From NCBI GenBank assembly GCA_945875805.1, contig CAMCLY010000003.1:1-55009 (forward strand): a DNA stretch of 55,009 bases, in the 5' to 3' direction. The stretch is from an uncultured Myxococcales bacterium. GTDB taxonomy: Bacteria; Myxococcota_A; Bradymonadia; UBA4248. Within the stretch, counting starts at the first letter, position 1; each line of letters opens with the position of its first letter. The position numbers and the translations under genes were made by a program. Below the pieces are notes generated by a model, which saw nothing but the letters and a program-made list of their open reading frames with translations, searched no databases and had not been told where the DNA came from. Shown here piece after piece: positions 38,703 through 47,480 of this stretch.

Positions 38703-38829
38703 ACTTTTACCATTTTTGATTGATGGATTTTCCCATGTCGCCACCTGCCCCAATACACATCCTTTCCCTCCACAAAGCCAAACACAAATCCCTCCACAAA
38801 GCCAAACACAAAAAGGCTTCACTTCCAAA

Positions 38830-38983
38830 ACGCCCCAAGCCGATCACCCTCATGAATTGCGAAAGGGCCGCGCGGCATCGCCGCACGGCCCTTTCGCAAT
38901 TCGGGGGGCGTGGGGGGACTGGTCCCCCCACAAAAAAAAACTCGCCGCCAGGCGTGGGGGGACTGGTCCCCCCACAAAAAAAA
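38830..38983 (+). repeat. Palindromic element family A, copy 4, with duplicated small hairpin
   Basis: 49-nt hairpin at 38854-38902; GCGTGGGGGGACTGGTCCCCCCACAAAA present twice. Confidence 0.9.
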
Positions 38984-39047
38984 TAAAAAAATCCTGCAAT
39001 AGGATATACTGCCCGCCGTCTTTTGACCCTCATGACAAGGAGTACCC

Positions 39048-40916
39048 ATGTCCGAAAGCGAGCAGATCCAACCCCAGGAGCAGACGCCTCTTTATGAAGG
39101 GACGATTTTTTTGTCTCCAAACATCGACTATTTCCAGAACGGCGATGATTTTTTTGTCTACCACAATCTCTACGGCTACATCTTGAAGATGAGCGAGGAT
39201 CTCGTGGATTTTCTGGAATTTTTTCACGAAGGCCCCAGGACGGCGCAGGAGATGACCGACCAATTTGGCAGCGTGTTTGACCGCGACACGCTCAACGAAT
39301 TTTTGTCGATTTTCCGCACGCTGGCGTGTCTCCTTCCAGACAATGAATACGAGCCCAAAAAGACACACGACATGTACCCCACACAAGCGCGCTGGATTAC
39401 GGTCGATCAGACCGATCCCAAGGCGGTTGTGATTTACGCCTTTGACGTTCAGGCACAGAATCAGATTTTCAAGATTCGCCTTGACGCCTGGGAATCCCGT
39501 CTCTGGGGTTATCTCAACGGCACCAAATCCGTCGGCGAAATTGCCGAATGTCTGGCCGAAGAAGACGGGCTTCTGGCCTCCGATGTCGAGTTGCGCATTG
39601 CCGCCGCCCTGGCCCAGTGGACGCACTGTTCCATTCAGGCCGTCAAGCTTTCGGCCGAGCCCTGTGGCAACTTCAAGGGGCGTCGATTTGGCGTTCCCCC
39701 CTATCTGATTTCGACCATGCCCTACGAAAAAGTCACGGCCCAGGTGCGCACGCGCGTCGACGAGGAGGGCAACATCCTCGAAGCCTGGCAGGAACCCGAA
39801 CGTTGTCTTCCCAAGGGACTCGAAACACTCCCCATCGACGATGAAACCCTCCGCCTCGACCGTCAGTGTGCCCGTCTCAGTTCGCTGCTCGCCCAGCCCC
39901 ACGCCGTCCTCGGCGGCCGATCCTACGGCAAGGCCGTCTATGACGTCATCGCGCGCGATTTCCCCATCGGCGGTGAAACATGCGAGGTGCTCGAAGTCGG
40001 CGGCGGCAACGGGGATACCGCCCGCGCATTCGTCCTTGAGTGCCGTCAACACGTCCCCGACACGCGCCTCTCCTACACCATTTTCTGTCCCGATCCCGTC
40101 CAGGCCGATGGCCTGCGGACCGCCCTGTCCGACCTCTCCGAAATTCGCATTCTCGACGGCGACATCGAGAAAATCGCCGATTTGGCCCAGCTTCCCGACG
40201 GCAAAAAATACGACCTCATCTACAGCGACGAATTTCTGGCCGATCTCCCCTCCGTCAACGTCCGAAAAATGTCCCTCGACGGCGGCGATGAAGAAGACGA
40301 AGAAGAGGACGCGGAAGAGCGCCCCGACGGCGTCCCCAAATCCGCCCATGCCGACGCCAGCCGCCTCACGTTTATCGGCGAAGGCGACGCCGTCAACCTC
40401 ATCATTCGTTATAAACTCAACCTCTGCGACGCCCCCGAAGATTTCATCCTCAATTCGGGCTCCCTGCGCCTCCTTGGCAATCTGAACAAACTGGCCGGAT
40501 TTAACACTCAAATGTTCATTATCGAGTTCGGCGAGGACGTCAAGTACCCCGTGAGAACGTTTGAGGACGGGCGCGAGGCGTGGTCCCAACATTTCGGTAT
40601 TCTCAAGCAGGCCGCGCAGAAACTCGGATTTCAGGCCCGGTCGTCCTACTGGATGGAAGCCCTCGACATCGACCGCAACCTGTCGATGTTTGCGACGACC
40701 CGTTCCCAGTTCAAGGCCATCCGCTGCCTGCTCGCCGATCACGGCGTCCGTCTCGAACGCCGCCCCTACAGCCAGGCCGAGTTTGAAGCCCTCCTGGCCC
40801 AGGCCGGACTCACCCATGTCGACGAAATCAACTACGAGCATGCCGAAGAGCGCATTTCGGGCCTCGTCTCCCATGCCTACAAAATGCTCCACATTTTCAA
40901 GGAGTTGGAGTTCTAG
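39048..40916 (+). CDS. Class I SAM-dependent methyltransferase with N-terminal PqqD/RRE-like winged-helix domains, 622 aa
   Basis: AAGGAG RBS; VLEVGGGNG (motif I); YDLIYSDEFLADLP; LDAWESRLWGYLNGTKSVGEIAECLA (PqqD-like). Confidence 0.78.
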   Translation: MSESEQIQPQEQTPLYEGTIFLSPNIDYFQNGDDFFVYHNLYGYILKMSEDLVDFLEFFHEGPRTAQEMTDQFGSVFDRDTLNEFLSIFRTLACLLPDNEYEPKKTHDMYPTQARWITVDQTDPKAVVIYAFDVQAQNQIFKIRLDAWESRLWGYLNGTKSVGEIAECLAEEDGLLASDVELRIAAALAQWTHCSIQAVKLSAEPCGNFKGRRFGVPPYLISTMPYEKVTAQVRTRVDEEGNILEAWQEPERCLPKGLETLPIDDETLRLDRQCARLSSLLAQPHAVLGGRSYGKAVYDVIARDFPIGGETCEVLEVGGGNGDTARAFVLECRQHVPDTRLSYTIFCPDPVQADGLRTALSDLSEIRILDGDIEKIADLAQLPDGKKYDLIYSDEFLADLPSVNVRKMSLDGGDEEDEEEDAEERPDGVPKSAHADASRLTFIGEGDAVNLIIRYKLNLCDAPEDFILNSGSLRLLGNLNKLAGFNTQMFIIEFGEDVKYPVRTFEDGREAWSQHFGILKQAAQKLGFQARSSYWMEALDIDRNLSMFATTRSQFKAIRCLLADHGVRLERRPYSQAEFEALLAQAGLTHVDEINYEHAEERISGLVSHAYKMLHIFKELEF

Positions 40917-40984
40917 CCGGGGAATGTAAAAAATCGTTTACATGAACTAACGAGAACTATATTACTGGCTATATCTTTTTGCAG

Positions 40985-41056
40985 GCCGCCCTATCGCCCT
41001 GTCGAGCGATACGGGCGGCTCCGTCCGCTATCGGCCGAAGCCGATACGCGTCCGGA
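40985..41056 (-). repeat. Doublet of bulged CGTAT/ATAG hairpins (reverse orientation)
   Basis: GCCGCC-CTATCGC...GCGATACG-GGCGGC and CG-CTATCGGC-CGAA-GCCGATACG-CG. Confidence 0.8.
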
Positions 41057-41107
41057 AACCCTCTTGCGGGGTCACGCACGACGCCCCGCTCAGACAGGAA
41101 ATGTTCC

Positions 41108-43225
41108 ATGAAACGATTGTGCAAAATCGCGGTGTATACCCTGACGGGATTTGCGCTGGGATGTCTTCCTGGGGTGGCTGTGGGCGAAACTCGCGTGCCG
41201 TCGCGCACGATAAACCTCGTCTACGATGACTCCGGGAGCATGATTCGTCAGAGCAACGCGTATGTCGACACGTGGTGTCAGGCCAAATACGCGCTCGAAG
41301 TTGTCGCCGCCATGCTCGACGAACGCGACACCCTCAATGTCTATTACATGAGCGACTACGACACCGGGACGCAGTCCGGCCCGCGGATCACCCTCAGGGG
41401 CGGAGGCGGCCAGGCGAGCGTCGATCGCATTCACTCGACGATCACGTCTTTTGGCAACACGCCGTTTAATGCCGTGCGCCGCGCGCATGCCGATCTCAAG
41501 AAGGCCCGGTCCGACGAACGCTGGCTCGTCGTGCTCACCGACGGCGCCTTTGAAGACGGCCGCATGGAATCCCGGGAAGTGGTATCCTACTTTGAATCCG
41601 TCACCGCGGGCGACGCCGCGCGCGTCATGATGCTCGCCATGGGCCCCGAGGCGGCCTCCATCGAGCCCCAGGAATCGCGCGGCATTTATTTTTACAAGGC
41701 CGCATCGAGCACCGATATTCTCCCCAAGCTCACCGAACTCAGCAACCGCATCTTTCAGAGAAATGCGCTCACGATTCTTCAAAAAGGCGACACATACCGC
41801 ACCGAGTTTGCCGTCCCGATGAAACAGCTCATCGTGTTTGCGCAGGGCCCCGGAGTCGACGCGCGCATTGCCATGCACGATGCCCAATCGGCCGCGACGT
41901 CTCCGTCCTCCCAGGTGCACGTCGTCCACTCGACGCAGTCTTCCGTCCAGAATCCCCCCGGAGCCGTCGTCGCCTCCAACCTCAACGGCGTCGTGGCCAC
42001 GTTTGACGGCCCGTTTGCACCGGGTGCCTACACGTTTGACGTCTCAGGTGCCGAAAGTCTCGACGTATACTACAAGCCCAACGTCGCCATCCGGGCCTAC
42101 CTGCACGACGCCGACGGGCGTGCCGTCACCGACGACGCCGACATCGTCAACGGCAGGTATCGTCTGACCTTCGGTTTTGTCGACGCCGATACCGCCCAGA
42201 CCGTCACCGACACCAGCCTCCTCGGAGACATCGACTACCAGGCCACCCTGGTCAACACATCGCCGGACGGAACCCAACATACCCTCACCGTCGCCTCCGG
42301 CGACGAAATCGAACTCCGCGAAGGCCGGGTGGCCTTCGACGTCACGGCGAAATTTCTCGATTACAACACGGTGCGCACCCACCTCGATTTTGAAGTGTTC
42401 TATCGCGCCAATCTTCTCTACCAAATCCAGAACAAGCCCACCTATCGTCTCACCAAAGACGGCCTTATCAATCCTCAGGATCCCATCGTCGTCACCGTCG
42501 CCCTCGACGAGGCAGGGACTCCGCTGTCGGCCCAGGACTGGGCCGACATGCCTTTGCCTGAGATCACGATGGACGCCGCCCTCGGCGGTCTTCACGTCGA
42601 GAAAAGTGCCACCATCGGCGAGTTTTTGATCACCCCGGAACTCGGAGAGATCGATCCCTTTGAAGCCGCCACGGGAAACATTCCGTTTGCCGTCCGCGGC
42701 GAATTTCATAAAGGCAAATCCTCGGCGGCCGGCCGTCTCTCCGAATCGTTTGAAATTCAGGACGACATTTCTTCGCTGGAGCGCACCCTTCGCTGGATTC
42801 AGGACTCCTGGCGCACCCTTCTGGCCTGGATGTTCGCCGCTTTTTTCATCATCGGATATCTGCCCGGCGTCAAAAAGCGGTTTTCCAAAAAGATCCCCTC
42901 GTCGATTCCAATCAAAGGCGATCCCGTCAAATTCAGAGGGAAATCGACGTCCGGCAAAGGCATATTCCAAAAGGACATCCTGTCCATCCTTCTGCCTTAC
43001 AAAGCCGAAACGGGTTCGGTCGTGTTCCGAAGCCTCGGGATAAAATCCTTCAGACTCAAAGCCGGGAGCGGTTCCCGCGTCTTTCTCGAAAATGCCCAGG
43101 CGTTCAAAGACAATAAAAATTACGACTTTTCAAGGGAGATCAAAATCCCGTTTTCCTTTGGAATCAATACGCAAATCACCGTCAAGACCGACGATTTTGT
43201 GTACAGATTCAAACTACAGAAATAG
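41108..43225 (+). CDS. Membrane-anchored von Willebrand factor A domain protein, about 705 aa
   Basis: Signal peptide MKRLCKIAV...; MIDAS LVYDDSGSM, GNTP, VLTDG; beta-rich stalk; TM WRTLLAWMFAAFFIIGYL; basic cytoplasmic tail. Confidence 0.88.
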   Translation: MKRLCKIAVYTLTGFALGCLPGVAVGETRVPSRTINLVYDDSGSMIRQSNAYVDTWCQAKYALEVVAAMLDERDTLNVYYMSDYDTGTQSGPRITLRGGGGQASVDRIHSTITSFGNTPFNAVRRAHADLKKARSDERWLVVLTDGAFEDGRMESREVVSYFESVTAGDAARVMMLAMGPEAASIEPQESRGIYFYKAASSTDILPKLTELSNRIFQRNALTILQKGDTYRTEFAVPMKQLIVFAQGPGVDARIAMHDAQSAATSPSSQVHVVHSTQSSVQNPPGAVVASNLNGVVATFDGPFAPGAYTFDVSGAESLDVYYKPNVAIRAYLHDADGRAVTDDADIVNGRYRLTFGFVDADTAQTVTDTSLLGDIDYQATLVNTSPDGTQHTLTVASGDEIELREGRVAFDVTAKFLDYNTVRTHLDFEVFYRANLLYQIQNKPTYRLTKDGLINPQDPIVVTVALDEAGTPLSAQDWADMPLPEITMDAALGGLHVEKSATIGEFLITPELGEIDPFEAATGNIPFAVRGEFHKGKSSAAGRLSESFEIQDDISSLERTLRWIQDSWRTLLAWMFAAFFIIGYLPGVKKRFSKKIPSSIPIKGDPVKFRGKSTSGKGIFQKDILSILLPYKAETGSVVFRSLGIKSFRLKAGSGSRVFLENAQAFKDNKNYDFSREIKIPFSFGINTQITVKTDDFVYRFKLQK

Positions 43226-43312
43226 CGCGCATCCGCGCGCCATCGGCATCTGACGGGATGCGACCAAGGGCGTTATACAAATTCATCTTTACATGGATAC
43301 AAACTCGTTTCA

Positions 43313-43384
43313 CTCAAACAAGTACAGATTTGCCCTCAAACAAGTACAGATTTGCCCTCAAACAAGTACAGATTTGCCCTCAAA
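43313..43384. repeat. Perfect 22-bp direct repeat x3 plus partial copy (iteron-like)
   Basis: CTCAAACAAGTACAGATTTGCC at 43313, 43335 and 43357; CTCAAA at 43379. Confidence 0.93.
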
Positions 43385-43463
43385 TATCCGCGCAACAGTC
43401 ATTTTTATTTTGTATATATCCGTCCCATTCGGAAAGTAGAATTCATCACACAGGAGAAGAGCA

Positions 43464-46400
43464 ATGCCCGCACCCACACTTTTGGTAGGCCTTGGCGGCA
43501 CGGGATCAAAGATCGTGTTACGCGTTTCACGCCTCGTCACCGAATCCCAGCGACGCCACATCGGGTTTACCATATTCGACACCGACATCAACGAGTTGCG
43601 CGAAATTCGCGAGGCCAATCCTTTTGTCCATACGATCCAGACGTCGACGCGTCTTTCGGTGGGGGAATATCTGAACATCGACACGCACGCGCGCGACGAG
43701 TGGTTTCCGGTCAATGCCATCCTCAACAGCAAGACGCTCACCGAAGGCGCGGGTCAGGTGCGTGCGATTTCTCGCCTTGCCCTCGACACGGCGATTCGTG
43801 CCGGAAACATGAACGTCCTCCACACGGCCATCGAAAATCTCTACAAAGTCGAGGAAGAAGACAGCGAACAGGCGCTTCGCGTCGTCATCGTCAGTTCCCT
43901 GGCCGGGGGAACCGGTTCCGGCCTTATTCTTCCCGTCGCGCTCTACATCAAAAACTTCCTGGCCACGCGATTCCAGCAAAGCGCCAACATCATACGCGGA
44001 TTTTTCATCCTTCCGGAGGTCTTTTTTGAGGTCATCCGGGGGCAGACCGAACGCAACAACCTCATGTGCAATGCCTACGCGACGTTGCGCGAACTCGACG
44101 CCTTCCTTATGAAGGGCGACGGCACGCTGCCCGAAAAATACGAACAAACCGCCCGCATCGAATTTCCCCGCGTCGGTTCCCACGAATTTGACGAGTACCA
44201 CGTCCGTCCTTACGATTATTGTTTCCTGTTCGACGCCCAAAACACATCCGGTCGCAAACTCAACGATTTCAACCAATACCTCGATCATGCCGCCAACTGC
44301 ATCTACTCGCAGTCGATCGGTCCGATGAACAAACGCAGCAACTCGTCCGAAGACAACACCATCCGCGAACTCTGCGCGCAACGCGGCCGCAACCGCTATG
44401 CCGGCGCCGGTTGTTCGATGCTCGTCTATCCCGTCGAAGACGTCAAAGAATACGTTGCACTCAAATGGACTCAACAGACCGTGTCGGAGCAATGGCTCAA
44501 GTTCGACCGGATGTATCTCGAAAAAGTCAAAAGTGTGGCCACCATGCGCAACCAAGGGCTCTCCGTGCGCGACATTTCGGCCGCCCAGGACTACATCCAA
44601 ACGGTCGAGGCGCTCTGCGCCCAGAAAGATCCCTTCGCCGTGTCGATCGTAGACCAATGCGCCCTGTTCGACGAGGACGGCCTCAATCGTATCTCAAACA
44701 GCTGGGAATCGTATCTAACACAACTGCTTAACTTTGTCGAATCGAGCGGCGAGGGCCAAAGCTCCGAACGGCAAAAAGCCCTTAACGCCATCGACGGCAT
44801 TACCGGCGGGAGCGACTCATGGCAGAGCCTCGTCGATGCCTACAAAGAAATGGCGCGCTACTATCAAGCCGTCCGGAAACACTGCGAATCGGTTGCCCCG
44901 AATCTGGCATACACGATATTTAAGGCCCAGGGCGACCACGTCACCAAAGAGAAACGCGGCTACCAGCTCGAAACATACCTGCGCGATGCCGAGGGACGCT
45001 TCATTCACCCCAACGCCGTGCGCTATTTTCTCTATCAGTGCCAGGACTGTCTCAAGGCCGAATGGCTCCGCCTCGACGTGGATTACAACGAAGTCGACTC
45101 GTTTTTTGACAGTTTTGAAACTGACGATCTCTTTGACGACAAATCGACTGTAGACGTCCAGGAGACGGTCGAACAGCTCACCAATCGCAAACTCCCTCTC
45201 GTCGCCAAGCTGTCCAAAAAGCTGACGAGCGATCAGGAGGACATAAAGGAGCTCTTCAACAAATACATGACCCGCGTCGAAGAGTATCGAAACCTTACCC
45301 TCAAACGCGACGTGATCAAGGAAGGCATGGACTACGTCCAGAGGCTATGCGATGCCTTCGAAAGTTTTTATCGCACCTTTGAATCCAAGACGCTTTCCAT
45401 TGGAAGGCGTCTTGGCGAGATCGCCAAAAAGTATCAGCACACCCAGGGCAAGACGACGCGCTACGTCTGCGCCACCGCCTCGTGCATGGACAAACTCGTC
45501 GAACGCATCCCCTTTACCGGCAGCGCCATCACGATCGACGGCGATTTGTCCGACGAGATCTACTCCAAAGTCCGGAGTTTCGCCATGATTTCTCAGGAGG
45601 AACGCCCGGACAACGGCCGGTATTACAGCGATCTCTTTGACGACGGCATCGTCGGGTATTTCTCCCGAAAAATGATGCAGACCTACGGGCCACAGATCGA
45701 CATGGACATTCTGACCGCCCTGGAACAGGAGGCCGAGTTTGAAGGAAAGGGGATGGAATCTGCCAAACAGGAACAATACGTCAAACAAATCATCGAAAAC
45801 ACGCGCAAGATGTCGACGCCTTTTATCGAAAAACCCATGGGAGAACAGCGCGAGCCCATCTCGGCATGTACCTACAATCCGTCCATCGATCCCAACGACG
45901 GCTCGCCGCGTTCGGAGCTGATTGCCAAGGAACTGTGCAATCACGGCGGGACGCCGGATGCCGACATCGGTCGCAACATGATCATGTTTTACCAGTCGAT
46001 TTACGGCCTGCGAGCCAACAAGCTGTCCAAGTTCGCCCCGGAAGTGCCCGGCGTACACGGCATGGGCGCCTACTACAAAGCCTATTATGAACTCGTCAAT
46101 CAGGTGACGCCAAACTATCGCCTCACCCCGGTCATCACGCCCCACATCGACCGAAACTGGCATCTCATCACCCATCTGCCGGATCTGGACGAAACAAACC
46201 AGAAAGCCCAGGAAACGCGGATCTACCGGGCATTTGTGCTCGGTTTGATATATCATTACATTATACAGAAACCGATTTCCGACGCGCGTTATCTATACAA
46301 ACTCGAAGTCGAGGGATGTCTCCCCGAGGATTTTGTCGTCAGCAACCGCACGCCCTGCGATCTGTTCTATGAAATTCTGGATGCCCTCTCGATCAATCCC

Positions 46401-47174
46401 GTCGTCGTCACGCGTCTGGTTCAGGCCGTGGAACGGCGCATGACCAAAGAACTCAACGCAAAAGTACAGTTTGAAGACAGCGAATTTGTACGCCAATTGA
46501 ATCGGTTGAGAATCGTCGAATACGAACGCAAAAATGTCGAGGCATTCCACCTCGATCGCGTGTCGATTTTTGATTTTCCGGCGCTGCTCAATGTATCGGC
46601 TCCGGACGGCACGTTTGATATTTCACAGGGATGCGATTTGTTGCGCGTCGAACTCGACGAAGTCTATCGATACGTCAAGTCCATGACGGAACCCAATGCC
46701 CTGAACGATACGTTTGAGAAGTTCATCGTTGGTCAGTATGCGATTTTCTGTGAAAATCGACGCACCTTTTCCCATTACGACAAGCTCGTATGGCTGATGG
46801 GCGAACTCAAGCGCATGGCCTGCGAACGACTCCGCGAACTCGAGCTGGATGACGGGTGTCAGGCGATCGACGAACTCGACCGTCGATGTACGACCGACGC
46901 GCCTTCCGAACGCCAGGGGAGCCTCGCCGAGGATGAGGACGACGAAGACGAGGTCCGGGCCATTGCCGGTTCATCCGCCTCCCGGACCGATGCCGGCGAT
47001 CGCATGATTTCTCTCGCCGAACACGAAGAGGAAGTCTCGGCACTGCGGAAGACCATCGCACAAATGGAAAAGCAGTACGCGTCGCTATCGCAGGAAATAG
47101 ATCGGCGGCTGACCACCCTGAGTCAGCAGATGGAACGGATTCAGTTGCAAAAAAATGACGATCCAAAGACGTGA
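43464..47174 (+). CDS. Tubulin/FtsZ-superfamily (Tubulin_2, FtsZ-like) GTPase with long helical C-terminus, 1236 aa
   Basis: AGGAG RBS; LLVGLGGTGSKI, FDTD, GAGQVRAISRLA, SSLAGGTGSG (tubulin signature), NAYATLREL; terminal coiled coil. Confidence 0.9.
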   Translation: MPAPTLLVGLGGTGSKIVLRVSRLVTESQRRHIGFTIFDTDINELREIREANPFVHTIQTSTRLSVGEYLNIDTHARDEWFPVNAILNSKTLTEGAGQVRAISRLALDTAIRAGNMNVLHTAIENLYKVEEEDSEQALRVVIVSSLAGGTGSGLILPVALYIKNFLATRFQQSANIIRGFFILPEVFFEVIRGQTERNNLMCNAYATLRELDAFLMKGDGTLPEKYEQTARIEFPRVGSHEFDEYHVRPYDYCFLFDAQNTSGRKLNDFNQYLDHAANCIYSQSIGPMNKRSNSSEDNTIRELCAQRGRNRYAGAGCSMLVYPVEDVKEYVALKWTQQTVSEQWLKFDRMYLEKVKSVATMRNQGLSVRDISAAQDYIQTVEALCAQKDPFAVSIVDQCALFDEDGLNRISNSWESYLTQLLNFVESSGEGQSSERQKALNAIDGITGGSDSWQSLVDAYKEMARYYQAVRKHCESVAPNLAYTIFKAQGDHVTKEKRGYQLETYLRDAEGRFIHPNAVRYFLYQCQDCLKAEWLRLDVDYNEVDSFFDSFETDDLFDDKSTVDVQETVEQLTNRKLPLVAKLSKKLTSDQEDIKELFNKYMTRVEEYRNLTLKRDVIKEGMDYVQRLCDAFESFYRTFESKTLSIGRRLGEIAKKYQHTQGKTTRYVCATASCMDKLVERIPFTGSAITIDGDLSDEIYSKVRSFAMISQEERPDNGRYYSDLFDDGIVGYFSRKMMQTYGPQIDMDILTALEQEAEFEGKGMESAKQEQYVKQIIENTRKMSTPFIEKPMGEQREPISACTYNPSIDPNDGSPRSELIAKELCNHGGTPDADIGRNMIMFYQSIYGLRANKLSKFAPEVPGVHGMGAYYKAYYELVNQVTPNYRLTPVITPHIDRNWHLITHLPDLDETNQKAQETRIYRAFVLGLIYHYIIQKPISDARYLYKLEVEGCLPEDFVVSNRTPCDLFYEILDALSINPVVVTRLVQAVERRMTKELNAKVQFEDSEFVRQLNRLRIVEYERKNVEAFHLDRVSIFDFPALLNVSAPDGTFDISQGCDLLRVELDEVYRYVKSMTEPNALNDTFEKFIVGQYAIFCENRRTFSHYDKLVWLMGELKRMACERLRELELDDGCQAIDELDRRCTTDAPSERQGSLAEDEDDEDEVRAIAGSSASRTDAGDRMISLAEHEEEVSALRKTIAQMEKQYASLSQEIDRRLTTLSQQMERIQLQKNDDPKT

Positions 47175-47238
47175 TTTCCGTGACGGCGCGGATCGTCCGA
47201 TGTACGTCCGTCGTTGGAAATGCGCCATGCAGAGCATT

Positions 47239-47366
47239 GGGGTTTGACCCTCCTCCCCCTCTCCCCGGGAGAGGGGGCCGGGGGGAGAGGGGCGCGGGGG
47301 GTAGCGGCGTATTGAGCCCGGAGGGCGAAATAGACGCGTAGGGGGCTCTCCCCCTCCCCAGAAAAG
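47239..47366 (-). repeat. Intergenic element family B copy with additional G/C-run hairpins
   Basis: CCCCCTCTCC-CCG-GGAGAGGGGG; CGTATT-GA-GCCC-GGA-GGGC-GA-AATAG; GGGGGCTCTCCCCCTCCCCAGAAAA. Confidence 0.75.
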
Positions 47367-47480
47367 AAAAACGCTTTGGAGGACATGCCATTGTGGACCA
47401 GAACGGAGCATTTCCTTCCCAATGGGTGCCAGCGAACATGTGTTTGACAGGCGAGGCTGGCCGTGTTTGAGGTGCGCAAC

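Noticed and set aside
43464-47174. Calling the gene ftsZ or plasmid tubZ
   Set aside because: It is far too long, has Tubulin_2-type motifs, and has no dcw-cluster context or TubR/replicon genes.
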